DNA of 64,000 nt from Deltaproteobacteria bacterium. Lineage in GTDB: Bacteria; JAMCPX01. The stretch spans positions 748-64,747 of the forward strand of contig JAMCPX010000015.1 in NCBI GenBank assembly GCA_023382265.1, read 5' to 3'. The position numbers and the translations under genes were made by a program. The notes beneath the pieces were generated by a model. It made no database searches and had not been told where the DNA came from. It saw nothing but the letters and a program-made list of their open reading frames with translations. Shown piece after piece: positions 27,069 to 37,101 of this stretch (positions within the stretch are counted from its first letter, which is position 1; every line of letters starts with the position of its first letter).

Positions 27069-27346
27069 CTATCCTCCTTATCATTAGTATGATAGTCATT
27101 TAATAACTACTGTTCAATATCATATCAAAAGTGCTATGACAACTTTAAAAAAACATAATCTGTTTTACTTGTGTTATTTAAATTTCAAAAGCGGAGTTTA
27201 ATATGGATAATTTTCGTAATTTATATCTCAATGATTTATATAAAAGGAGGTATAGGTTATGATACAATTTTAATTTAATAAAAATATTCTATGTCAATGT
27301 GTCGCATATAAATTCCCATCACCTGAAGCCTCATCATAAAACCCCT

Positions 27347-27595
27347 TTATGGGTATATCTTTGTGTATTCCACTGTAGTGGTAAAACTACTTTGTGTTGT
27401 ATAGACTCCGCCAGAGGTTTGAGTAATGGGATAACCACCAAATGCATAGAGATAGCTATTGTAAGCAGCACCGGTATGTGGTAGTTGGCATTGTGTTGCC
27501 GCAGTACTCGTAGTTTGCGCATTGAATATTGAAATAACACTTAACCCTATTATCAATGAAACAAAAAATAATGTAACATTTTTAAATATCTTCAT
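27347..27595 (-). CDS. Small secreted hypothetical protein
   Basis: 82 aa. AAAGGAGG SD 5-6 nt upstream of the ATG. Signal peptide (VISIFNAQ). Thr/Ser/Tyr-rich mature part. Confidence 0.5.
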   Translation of the reverse strand: MKIFKNVTLFFVSLIIGLSVISIFNAQTTSTAATQCQLPHTGAAYNSYLYAFGGYPITQTSGGVYTTQSSFTTTVEYTKIYP

Positions 27596-27925
27596 AACAT
27601 CCTCCTTTGTAAATTTTTATAGCTTTAAAAGTATAAATGGTTAAAAGAAATGGATTATTAAAGATGATATTATATAAAGCCTGTAAAAAAAGTAGGTTTA
27701 TACGAGAGAGAAAAAAAAGTTACTCTTTTGCGAAGACGTTTTTAATGAATAATGCATTTTATCTCCGCCTTGATTTTTTCGTTACATAGCATAAAAAAAA
27801 GTTAAGCGTCTTTATAAAAGCGTTTTAAAGAAAACAAAACATAAAGTTATTCTTGACCTGTTTGCGAAAATATAAAACAATACATATTATTAAACTAAAA
27901 TTTGTAAAAAAGGAATGGTTCTGAA

Positions 27926-29329
27926 ATGGATATGATGGAAAATAACAGTAAAAAAAATGGACTAAGGGGCTTTATTAAAGCTCATAAAATTATATCATCT
28001 ATAATTGGAATATTATTTGTATTCGCTGTAATATTTGCAAGCTTTGTAAGATATAGTGAAAGCCCAAACTTCTGCAAGAATTGTCATATAATGATACCTT
28101 ATTATAATGCATGGCATGCATCTACGCATAACTTTGTTCCCTGTGTAGAATGCCATTATCCTCCAACTAAAAACTTAAAAACTGCCGTATGGCATAAAAT
28201 CCAGAATTTCTCCATGGTTGTCAGGTACTTCACGAAAACATATAATCCAAGACCATTTGCAGATATACCTGATGCAAGTTGTATGCGTATAGGCTGTCAT
28301 TCAACAAGGCTATTACAAGGCTATGTCGTAACCCCCAAAGGTGTTATCTTTAATCATACACAGCATCTTGAAAAAATACTGAAAACCGTAAAACTAAGGT
28401 GCACAAGTTGTCATTCTCAGATTGTCGTTGGCAGACACATTGAAGTTACTTATGAAACATGTTTTCTGTGCCATTTTTCACAAGACAATAGGACAAACAA
28501 TAATAAAAACGTAAATAATTGTCTTGGCTGCCACGAGATCCCAAGAAAAACCATATTGGTGAATGGGATAGAATATAACCATAGGACTTTTATAGAAAAT
28601 AACCCGAATATAAAATGTATTTACTGTCATCTTGATGCAATTCAGGGCACTGGAGCGGTTCCCAAAGAACGGTGCTACGCATGCCACAATGTCACTTCAA
28701 GGTTTAAGTATTATACCGATACAACATTTATACACAAATGGCATGTTACAAAACACAAGATTACATGTACCTTATGCCATCTTGAGATAAAACATGGTTT
28801 AATAACTTCTCCAAAACCACTTGAATACGCAAGTAACTGCACGATCTGTCATAGTAAAAACATGCATAACGCACAGGAAGATATGTACATGGGTAAGGGT
28901 GCTATCGGTATAAAAGGCGACGCAAGCCCTATGTTTAGAGCGAATGTAAAATGCATTGCATGCCATAAGGTAGCAACTCAGAACAAGCTTCAAGCAAGGC
29001 TTATCGGTCAAACGTACATAGGTGGTGTTGTTGGATGTAAAGCATGCCATGGAAAAGGTTATGGAGAGATTTATCAGGGATGGAAAGATGGGTTAAAATC
29101 CATGATTTCCGATGCTGACGCAAAATATGCAATTGCAAAAAAACTTATTGATACAACGCCCAAGACAGCTCCAAACTATAATAAGGCATTGGTATTATAT
29201 AAAACTGCATCGTATAACCTTTACTTTGTAAAGGTTTCAAAAGGTATCCATAACATCGACTATGCATCAAGTATACTTGATAAAACAAGCTCCAGTTTTA
29301 ATGAGGTTATAAATCTTTTAAAGAAATAG
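27926..29329 (+). CDS. Membrane-anchored multihaem c-type cytochrome (NapC/NirT-like N-terminus; 11 CXXCH plus 1 CX4CH)
   Basis: 467 aa. One N-terminal TM helix. Haem motifs: CKNCH, CVECH, CMRIGCH, CTSCH, CFLCH, CLGCH, CIYCH, CYACH, CTLCH, CTICH, CIACH, CKACH. Confidence 0.85.
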   Translation: MDMMENNSKKNGLRGFIKAHKIISSIIGILFVFAVIFASFVRYSESPNFCKNCHIMIPYYNAWHASTHNFVPCVECHYPPTKNLKTAVWHKIQNFSMVVRYFTKTYNPRPFADIPDASCMRIGCHSTRLLQGYVVTPKGVIFNHTQHLEKILKTVKLRCTSCHSQIVVGRHIEVTYETCFLCHFSQDNRTNNNKNVNNCLGCHEIPRKTILVNGIEYNHRTFIENNPNIKCIYCHLDAIQGTGAVPKERCYACHNVTSRFKYYTDTTFIHKWHVTKHKITCTLCHLEIKHGLITSPKPLEYASNCTICHSKNMHNAQEDMYMGKGAIGIKGDASPMFRANVKCIACHKVATQNKLQARLIGQTYIGGVVGCKACHGKGYGEIYQGWKDGLKSMISDADAKYAIAKKLIDTTPKTAPNYNKALVLYKTASYNLYFVKVSKGIHNIDYASSILDKTSSSFNEVINLLKK

Positions 29330-29506
29330 GGAAGACCGTGATTGAACGAACATATGGGTTTGATTAATCAAGCCCATACAGCTCTATTGGATTTACTGGT
29401 TAAACCCGGAAGCGGGTCTTATCCATGACTTTAATTATGCTTATTCCCTTTGCTTAACAACTCAAAAACTGCTACTGGATATTAAAATAGGAATAAGGAA
29501 ATCTAT

Positions 29507-32500
29507 ATGACACCTTCTGATAAAGAAGCATTGCTATATTCGATCGATCAGAAAGAATATATCAGTATAAGACGGATAATGAACTCAAGAGGTATAGAAG
29601 TTAGCGAAGAGTTTCCCGAACAGTTGATAAAGGTAGCAGATGCGATTACAGCGTACATCTCACCTGAGGATTTTATGGATGCTCTTCTCTCTGCTCCTGA
29701 TGAGGAAGAAGCGATTGAATTTATACATTCACTGATCAAAGACGACCGGTTAAAAACAATAAAAAATTTGCCGTGCTTGATTCAGTTATCGGGTACGAGT
29801 CATGTTCTTTCAAGATATTTAATTCAAAATGTCGATGCATCAGAAAAACCTGTAATTACGGAAGATGAATACCTCATCTTATTGAGTAGTATCCCTTTTG
29901 ATGCCGATTATCCGTCAAGAATAAGACAGTTTAAAAACAAGATGATATCCGTAATAGCAATGTATGATCTCTGTGGTTTTATAGATTTTAAAACTACGGT
30001 TTTAGCTATTTCCAATCTTGCAAGTTCGATACTTAAACAAACAATAAATTATTTTTCTTCAAAAATGGGAATAGACCTGTCAAAAGGTTTCTCAATAATT
30101 GGTATGGGTAAACTTGGCAGCAAAGAGCTGAACTATTCATCGGACATAGATATCATATATATGGTTTCAGATGATCTGTATGAACGTATGGGGTCCGGCA
30201 TATTGACAAAATTCGCAGAACAGCTTACGGGTTTGTTATCAGAGCAGACAGAGGATGGGATTCTTTACAGAGTAGATCTTGGATTGAGGCCTGACGGTAA
30301 AAAGGGCACACTCATACAACCATTATCTTATATGGTTTCATATTATGAATCATGGGGCGAGACATGGGAAAGGCTTGCAATGATTAAGGCATCGCATGTT
30401 GCAGGGGATCAAATGCTTACAAACTTATTCCTTGAGGACATACAGCATTTTATTTTTAGACGAAACCTCGACTTTTCTACTATTGAGGCATTAAAGGATA
30501 TAAAAAATAAGATACAGTCGTTTCTTTTAAGGGGTATGGAACAATCGTGGAATGTAAAACTCGGCAGTGGTGGAATAAGAGAGCTTGAATTTGCGGTCCA
30601 GGTTATTCAGCTAATTAGAGGAGGGAGAGATGCAGCTTTGAGGGTTAAACCACTGATCGATGCGATATCTGCATTATTGCAGTTAGATATTATACAACCG
30701 GATGTGTCATCTAAACTTACAAATGCATACATATTACTAAGGACACTCGAGCATAGAATACAGGAGTATCAGATGCTCCAAACCCAGAGTATGCCGGAAG
30801 ACAATAAGAGCAAGAGAAGGGTATTGAGAGGTATACTCGGACCCGGGGAAAGGATTGCATCAAACGCAGACAGAATTGCGGAAGAAAGCCTTCAACATGC
30901 TAAAGAATCTGTTTGCAATTTTTTCCAGCAATTATTTTATGAGCAGGAAAAGGTAATAGAGGCAAAAAGGCCTGATGAGGTAACAAGGCTTTTCATTCAC
31001 AACGTTTCCGACGCAGAAATAAAACCGGCACTTTTACAGCTGGGTTTTAGAGATGTGGAGAAGGCAATGGAGTATACGAAGATATTGAGTGCAGGCATAC
31101 CAACGGCAAGATACGGCGAAAAGACAAAACGGCTGCTCAATTGGCTCGCGCCCGTTTTTTTGAAAGAGACGTCGATGACTGTTGACCCGGATGCGGCACT
31201 TGAGCATCTCATAGAATTCATAAGGAGAATCGGGGCAAGAGGCATCTTCTTTTCTTTATTAAAAGAAAATCCTAAAACACTTTTTACACTTATTCAATTT
31301 TTTAGTATGTCTGATTACCTTTCACATCTTTTGATTAAATATCCTGAGAATCTTGATGCACTCGTGCTCTCAAGATATGCGATAACCGAACGCAGCTATG
31401 GCGAGATGTATGAAGAGCTGCATAATCTCTATAAACAACTTAAAAGCTATGAAGATAAACTTAATCTGCTAAGGGATTTTAAGAACATGGAGATACTGAG
31501 GATCGGTATAAATGATATAAATGGGAATCTTAATATAATGGAGGTTTCGGAACAGTTATCAAGTCTTGCAGATGTGATACTTAATATGGCATTACTTGCC
31601 GTTTTGGAAGAACTCAAGCCAGTTTATGGAACCATCCCTGATATGGAAACCGATGGCATGGCAGTGATTGGTATGGGTAAACTTGGAGGTAAAGAGCTTA
31701 ATTATAATTCCGATCTCGATCTTGTGTTTATATACGGCTCGGATAAGCCAACCACGAAACAACTGTCGGCTCAGGAGTATTTTTCAAAGGTGGTGCAGAG
31801 ATTTATAACAGCCATAAGTCTGCCGACGCAAAACGGGTATGCTTATAATATCGATACAAGGCTAAGACCGTCAGGCAATCTCGGACCGCTTGTCGCACAC
31901 ATTGATGCCTTCATACAGTATCACCTTGAAAGCTCAATGACATGGGAGAAACAGGCATTGCTAAGGGCCCGGGGCATTATAGGACCTCCCGTGCTTTTGA
32001 ATAGATTGTTTGATGGAGTCAGGCAGGCATTTAGCTCTATAAAAAGGGATGAAAGTTTAAAAATGGATATACACGATATGCGTATGAAGCTGGAAAAGAG
32101 CGTTAATTCCAATACAGGATACTATAATTTCAAAAAGGGTTCGGGCGGATTAATGGATATAGAATTTATAGTGCAATATCTTGAACTATTATACGGCAGT
32201 GATTCACCTGTTATTATGGAAAGAAATACTTTTCTTGCACTTGAGCTGTTAATGGAAAATGGCTATATAAGTAAAAAGGATATGGATATATTAAAAGACG
32301 GATATATGTTTTTGAGAAAGCTTGAGAATAGAATGCGTATAGATAGAGATTTTTCCGTAGAAAGTATTTCAATGAATGAAAAGGATGCCTATCCTGTAGC
32401 TTTAAGAATGGGTTTTACAGGGCAGTATGCGGGAAGGATATTCCTCGAAATGGTTAAAGAAAAAACCCAGGATATAAGAAAAGTGTATAGTGCATATTTT

Positions 32501-32512
32501 AGAAACGTGTAG
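29507..32512 (+). CDS. glnE: Bifunctional glutamine synthetase adenylyltransferase/adenylyl-removing enzyme
   Basis: 1001 aa. Two nucleotidyltransferase modules: GMGKLGSKELNYSSDIDIIY and GMGKLGGKELNYNSDLDLVFIY. Confidence 0.9.
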   Translation: MTPSDKEALLYSIDQKEYISIRRIMNSRGIEVSEEFPEQLIKVADAITAYISPEDFMDALLSAPDEEEAIEFIHSLIKDDRLKTIKNLPCLIQLSGTSHVLSRYLIQNVDASEKPVITEDEYLILLSSIPFDADYPSRIRQFKNKMISVIAMYDLCGFIDFKTTVLAISNLASSILKQTINYFSSKMGIDLSKGFSIIGMGKLGSKELNYSSDIDIIYMVSDDLYERMGSGILTKFAEQLTGLLSEQTEDGILYRVDLGLRPDGKKGTLIQPLSYMVSYYESWGETWERLAMIKASHVAGDQMLTNLFLEDIQHFIFRRNLDFSTIEALKDIKNKIQSFLLRGMEQSWNVKLGSGGIRELEFAVQVIQLIRGGRDAALRVKPLIDAISALLQLDIIQPDVSSKLTNAYILLRTLEHRIQEYQMLQTQSMPEDNKSKRRVLRGILGPGERIASNADRIAEESLQHAKESVCNFFQQLFYEQEKVIEAKRPDEVTRLFIHNVSDAEIKPALLQLGFRDVEKAMEYTKILSAGIPTARYGEKTKRLLNWLAPVFLKETSMTVDPDAALEHLIEFIRRIGARGIFFSLLKENPKTLFTLIQFFSMSDYLSHLLIKYPENLDALVLSRYAITERSYGEMYEELHNLYKQLKSYEDKLNLLRDFKNMEILRIGINDINGNLNIMEVSEQLSSLADVILNMALLAVLEELKPVYGTIPDMETDGMAVIGMGKLGGKELNYNSDLDLVFIYGSDKPTTKQLSAQEYFSKVVQRFITAISLPTQNGYAYNIDTRLRPSGNLGPLVAHIDAFIQYHLESSMTWEKQALLRARGIIGPPVLLNRLFDGVRQAFSSIKRDESLKMDIHDMRMKLEKSVNSNTGYYNFKKGSGGLMDIEFIVQYLELLYGSDSPVIMERNTFLALELLMENGYISKKDMDILKDGYMFLRKLENRMRIDRDFSVESISMNEKDAYPVALRMGFTGQYAGRIFLEMVKEKTQDIRKVYSAYFRNV

Positions 32513-32526
32513 AGGAGAAAGGTCCT

Positions 32527-33000
32527 ATTAAAACGCAAAAAGTAAATAAAATATATAAAACTCAGGATATAGAAAAACTTTATGCGATAGGTGAGGCTGC
32601 AAAGAAAACAGGACTTGCTGTCCCAACACTGCGTATGTATGAACATGAGGGTGTTATTATACCATACAGAACTCACACAGGCAGAAGATTTTATTCCCAT
32701 GCAGACATAGTAAGAATAAAATGTATAAGAGATCTTATAAAAAAGATAGGGCTGAATCTTGAAGGGATAAGGAGACTATTTTCACTATTACCTTGCTGGG
32801 AGGTAAAGGGTTGTTCAAGAAATGATCGACTTAATTGCCCTGCATATCAGGATAGCAGCAAGCCGTGCTGGATGTTTATAAAGGTTGTATGCAGAAAAGT
32901 AAGTACCGAGTGTAAAACGTGCTCAACCTATATGATGTCTACAAACTGTCATAACAGGATGAAGCTGATTCTCCGCGGCATTGGTTACGAGAAAGCATAA
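32527..33000 (+). CDS. MerR-family regulator with a C-terminal Cys-rich (two CW motifs) domain; start codon non-canonical and uncertain
   Basis: The HTH YAIGEAAKKTGLAVPTLRMYEHEG lies upstream of the first in-frame ATG (32635). The open frame 32491-32634 has no ATG/GTG/TTG. ATT at 32527 follows GAGGAG by about 10 nt. Confidence 0.7.
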   Translation: MKTQKVNKIYKTQDIEKLYAIGEAAKKTGLAVPTLRMYEHEGVIIPYRTHTGRRFYSHADIVRIKCIRDLIKKIGLNLEGIRRLFSLLPCWEVKGCSRNDRLNCPAYQDSSKPCWMFIKVVCRKVSTECKTCSTYMMSTNCHNRMKLILRGIGYEKA

Positions 33001-33003
33001 GGT

Positions 33004-33924
33004 TTAGTAATAAGAAGAAAAGCCTTTTTGGTTTATCCCGATCTTTTCAATCAGGTTATATTCCGTGCATGTGTTCCCTTTAATAAGCAGGTTTACCTGC
33101 TCAGAAGTTACAGGAAAGGATTCTAAATGTTCAAACATTTTTGCAAATAGCTTGATAAGCGTTAAAGGTATGTGAAGCTTCAATTTTTTATTAATAACAA
33201 AATGTTTTATAATCGTATCCACGATTTGATTATAGGTAATGGTTTCGGCTCCGCATGCAGTGTAAGTCTTGTGATATGTTGTTGGGTCCGTAATGATCAT
33301 GGAGATAGCCTTTGAAAGATCATCCACATGTACAGGCTGAAATTTGTACCTCCCGTTACCTATGACAGGTACGACAAATGGAAGCATCTCGGCAATACCT
33401 TTTACGGTATTGGTAAAGTTTATAGTAGAGGCTGTTTCATCACCAAACACAATCGATGGCCTGATAATTGTATAATCCAGAGCCTGCGCCTTAATAAATT
33501 CTTCTGCAATATATTTTGTTCTTATATAACCTTTTTCCGTATCTGGTCTTACCCCGTTAGCACTGATATGAATCCACCTTTTAACCCTTGAACTCACTGC
33601 TTGTTCATGTATTAGTCTCACGCCGTGTACATGTGCAAGCTCATAAGTTATATCTCTTGAAGTGGATTCTCTCAAAATGCCTATCAAGTAGATAACCGCA
33701 TCACATCCTTCAAGGGCATTGTTGGGCAAATGCTGTTCATTTATGTCACCATACATAAGCTCTGCATTCTCAAGTATGGGTTTATCGAGGTTTGATTCGG
33801 AACCTTTTCTTAAAAATAATCTTACACTATATCCATCATTGATAAGTTGTTTTACAACATGTGTACCTATATAACCCGTACCGCCTGCTATGAATACTCT
33901 CATAGCCATTTTTATTACTACCAA
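33004..33924 (-). CDS. NAD(P)-binding atypical SDR (NDUFA9/NmrA-like)
   Basis: 306 aa. N-terminal IAGGTGYIGTHV Rossmann motif. Confidence 0.75.
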   Translation of the reverse strand: MVVIKMAMRVFIAGGTGYIGTHVVKQLINDGYSVRLFLRKGSESNLDKPILENAELMYGDINEQHLPNNALEGCDAVIYLIGILRESTSRDITYELAHVHGVRLIHEQAVSSRVKRWIHISANGVRPDTEKGYIRTKYIAEEFIKAQALDYTIIRPSIVFGDETASTINFTNTVKGIAEMLPFVVPVIGNGRYKFQPVHVDDLSKAISMIITDPTTYHKTYTACGAETITYNQIVDTIIKHFVINKKLKLHIPLTLIKLFAKMFEHLESFPVTSEQVNLLIKGNTCTEYNLIEKIGINQKGFSSYY

Positions 33925-34228
33925 ATTTGGTTGTTGTAAATCTTATATTACAGATTTGCGGTTCAATGCCAGAAACTATCGTTAGAATTAAATGCAACGG
34001 TTGGTAGGGCAGGGGAAGAGAGCGCTTAAATCCCGCCCCCGGAGCAACACTGTGAACAGCTTTCACGATTTAAATGGTTTACGCCGTCCGGTGTCTTTAG
34101 TAGGTTCACAAGAAACTCCGCTATTTAAATTTTATACAATACGTTCTTAACTCACCATAAAATTATCAGGTAAAATGCCACTTTTTCTAACCGTGTGAAT
34201 GTTCCGGCACACGAATTTCTCATAATAA

Positions 34229-35692
34229 TTATTGAACTGCATAAACAGGGAAGGTTGTTACGGTTAATGAATAGGTATTCTCCTCGGTCAAAGGTGTAAA
34301 AGTTGTACCGGATATGTCATAGAACGTTAGCGGATGCATTGGAACGGATATGGTTTGAGACGGTGTACCGTGTTGTGCAAAGAACACCCACACCTTTTTT
34401 GTATTATCCGCCGATGTAAAATACATGGCCCTTGCACCTTTAAGCTTAAATTGTGATGAAACGTCACTATTATAAACCGTACCCGAGAGTATGGCGGCCA
34501 TTGTCTTAAGCGAACCAAAGGCCTGCTTTGGCTGCGGAGGTGTTGTGTATGAAGGCGACGTAATGTAATTAAAAAGTCCGAAATGACACTCCTGCTCGGG
34601 AAAGGAACAATTTGTTCCGTCAATAAAATCATACCAGTACAAACCGGTTATTCCCTGTTCTGTTGCTTCAAGGTATGTACGAACGAGCCACCTTGACTGC
34701 ATGGATTGATCAACCGGCGGATATGTGGGCCAGCCGACCTCCGTGATCCATAGAGGTTTTGATACGTTATGTTTCTTTAAGACGGCTTTAATGTTATCGC
34801 ACATTTGATCAAGAGAGAGCTGTGTTGTAGAACTAAAATCGGGTGCGACTGATGGGGGATAATTCATGTAAGGATGAAAGGCAATTGCATCAATGTAATC
34901 ACCCAGATCAGGATATAAGCTCAGTACCTGGTTTATAAACGTATCTCCGGTTAAATTCAACCCGTACGACTTCATCAGGACACCGCCAAATACTACCAGG
35001 TCATGAGGGTCTGCCGTCTTTATCGCTTTCGAGGCATCCTCGAGCAGGAGACCGTACGCTTTAGGGTTAGGGTCCGGCGGCCAGAAACCGATGCCAAAGG
35101 CCCCGGTATTCTCCTCGTTCCAGATTTCATACCTTGTGATCCTTCCCTTATAATGTAAAGCTACTTGATAGGCAAAATTGGCGAATGTTTGAGGGTCATC
35201 CGGTGGATACGCATTAGAGCCCTCTGAATCTGCCCAGGCATTTCCATAATCGAGTATCGCCGTAATCTGCATGCCGTTGTCCAGCACGGCATTCACGAGG
35301 TTATCATATCCTGAAAAATCAAAATTATCCTGCTGAGGCTCTATCTGCGACCAGGTAAAATCTGTCCTGACATTAACAACGCCTGCTGATTCTAATTGTT
35401 GCAGTTGATAGGTGCATGAAGCCGCATCGGCAGCATTAGAAGGGTCTTTGCACATATCCAGATGTGTGGAAATACCCAGCATATTAGAAAAAGGCTGATT
35501 GCTTATTATTGATGAAGATTTAGACCGGGAACATCCATAGATAAAGACTAACAATACAAACACAAGCACTGAATGATTTTTTATAAAGAAAATGAGGCCA
35601 TGATGTTTATCATAGCAAGTTAAGTTTTTATATGAGTTTTTTCTCCTCTCTGCCATTTTTATATTATTATCATTAATCCTGGGGAAATACAA
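34229..35692 (-). CDS. Secreted lipoprotein, clan GH-A glycoside hydrolase (GH5/GH39-like)
   Basis: 487 aa. TM/lipobox (FIYGCS), EIWNEEN (acid/base) and WITEVGWP (nucleophile). The start may be an internal Met. Confidence 0.65.
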   Translation of the reverse strand: MYFPRINDNNIKMAERRKNSYKNLTCYDKHHGLIFFIKNHSVLVFVLLVFIYGCSRSKSSSIISNQPFSNMLGISTHLDMCKDPSNAADAASCTYQLQQLESAGVVNVRTDFTWSQIEPQQDNFDFSGYDNLVNAVLDNGMQITAILDYGNAWADSEGSNAYPPDDPQTFANFAYQVALHYKGRITRYEIWNEENTGAFGIGFWPPDPNPKAYGLLLEDASKAIKTADPHDLVVFGGVLMKSYGLNLTGDTFINQVLSLYPDLGDYIDAIAFHPYMNYPPSVAPDFSSTTQLSLDQMCDNIKAVLKKHNVSKPLWITEVGWPTYPPVDQSMQSRWLVRTYLEATEQGITGLYWYDFIDGTNCSFPEQECHFGLFNYITSPSYTTPPQPKQAFGSLKTMAAILSGTVYNSDVSSQFKLKGARAMYFTSADNTKKVWVFFAQHGTPSQTISVPMHPLTFYDISGTTFTPLTEENTYSLTVTTFPVYAVQ

Positions 35693-35748
35693 CAGAAAAG
35701 GTTCCTATATCATTACCCCTCCACATCTCTTTCCCTTGCATTTGCCGG

Positions 35749-37101
35749 CTAACTCTTTTGCAGTTCATATTCCTTAATTTTCTTATAGAGCGTTGTCCTA
35801 TCTATTCCGAGGATATCTGCCGATTTACTTATGTTCCAGCCATTATCCATTAAAACCTTGTAGATATGCTTTTTTTCGACATTCGTAAGAGACATGTCCT
35901 GAGATTTTTCCAACTTATCGGGTTCAAGCCTTATGCAATTCCCAATCTCTTTTTTCGTGATGATGTTGTCCCTGGCAAGCACAACAGACCTTTCTATAAC
36001 GTTTTTTAATTCCCTTATATTGCCGGGCCAGTGATACTGCATAAGTATTGCCATGGCCTCTTCATCTACCCGTTCTACTCTTTTGTTTGTTTCTATATTG
36101 AATTTCTCTATCATGTGTTGAACAAGTAAAGGTATATCTTCGGGTCTTTCTTTAAGAGGCGGCAATTCAATTGTTATGACGTTCAGCCTGTAGTAAAGAT
36201 CCTCTCTGAATTTGTTTTCTTCTATTGCCTTTATCAAATCTTTGTTTGTTGCACTGATAATCCTTACATCGGTTTTTACAGGTATGGTTCCACCAAGCCG
36301 TGTGAATTCTTTTGTTTCAATAACCCTTAATAAATCCATTTGAAGCTTTAAACTTATGTCCCCTATTTCATCGAGAAACAAAGTCCCTCCGTCAGAGAGT
36401 TCAAACCTGCCTTTTACGGTACTTGTAGCCCCTGTGAAGGCGCCTCTTTCATGTCCGAACAATTCATTCTCTAATAGCGTCTCGGTAAGTGACGCACACG
36501 ATACAGTTATGAATGGTCCGTCTTTCCTCAGGCTTTCTGCATGAATTGCCCTTGCAATAAGTTCTTTGCCTGTCCCGCTTTCACCGTGAATCAGTACGGT
36601 AATATTCGTTTTTGCAACGGTTTTTACAAGCTCAAATATATCATGCATCCGTTTATTTTTACTTATGAGTTCCTGAAACTGGAATTGTTTTGCAAGCTCT
36701 TTTTTGAGATATATGTTTTCCTGTTCAAGCTCCTGCTGTTTCATGATCTTCTTGATAGTCATGGAAATCTCTTCGGGCTCGAAGGGCTTCATCAGGTAAT
36801 CATAAGCCCCGTCTTTTATGGCTTTTACCGCTGTTTCAACAGTTGCGTAAGCCGTCATTATTATTATAGGTATCTCGGGCAGGATTTTTTTTACCTCCGC
36901 CAAGAATTGTAAACCGTCCATCTCCGGCATTTTTAAATCTACGAGTAAAAGACTCCACCCCTTTTTGGTTATTTCTTCAAGAGCCCGTTTACCGCTTTCA
37001 ACAGCAAGTACCTCATATCCATCCTCTTCCAGCCATATAGAAAGAGAATCTCTTACGCTTTCTTCGTCATCCACTATCATTATACACGGTTTACGATTCA
37101 T
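35749..37101 (-). CDS. Sigma-54-dependent response regulator (NtrC/AtoC family)
   Basis: 450 aa. Receiver domain ([13 protein letters not shown]), AAA+ domain with GESGTGKE and the GAFTGA loop, and a C-terminal Fis-type HTH. Confidence 0.92.
   Translation of the reverse strand: MNRKPCIMIVDDEESVRDSLSIWLEEDGYEVLAVESGKRALEEITKKGWSLLLVDLKMPEMDGLQFLAEVKKILPEIPIIIMTAYATVETAVKAIKDGAYDYLMKPFEPEEISMTIKKIMKQQELEQENIYLKKELAKQFQFQELISKNKRMHDIFELVKTVAKTNITVLIHGESGTGKELIARAIHAESLRKDGPFITVSCASLTETLLENELFGHERGAFTGATSTVKGRFELSDGGTLFLDEIGDISLKLQMDLLRVIETKEFTRLGGTIPVKTDVRIISATNKDLIKAIEENKFREDLYYRLNVITIELPPLKERPEDIPLLVQHMIEKFNIETNKRVERVDEEAMAILMQYHWPGNIRELKNVIERSVVLARDNIITKKEIGNCIRLEPDKLEKSQDMSLTNVEKKHIYKVLMDNGWNISKSADILGIDRTTLYKKIKEYELQKS

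Noticed and set aside
27259-27273. Mini-ORF ATGATACAATTTTAA (MIQF*) preceded by AAAGGAGG, considered as a possible leader peptide.
   Set aside because: No downstream plus-strand gene lies within 650 nt, and there is no attenuator structure. The SD-like sequence resembles the leader of the small lipoprotein gene at 10462 and may be a remnant.
779-27595. Three secreted proteins end in similar (I/V)YP tails (..FTYIYPEFPN, ..LNRVYP, ..YTKIYP), considered as a possible C-terminal sorting signal.
   Set aside because: The motif is only 2-3 residues. One of the three ends is probably created by the IS insertion. No sortase- or exosortase-type gene is in the window. The evidence is too weak.
33925-34228. 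304-nt gap with GC-rich motifs (GGTAGGGCAGGGGAAGAGAGCGCTTAAATCCCGCCCC), examined for a structured ncRNA (6S, SRP, RNase P, tmRNA, riboswitch).
   Set aside because: No conserved signature of any RNA family I know was found. The motifs look like further members of the GC-hairpin repeat debris seen elsewhere. An Rfam/covariance search would be needed to exclude an ncRNA.
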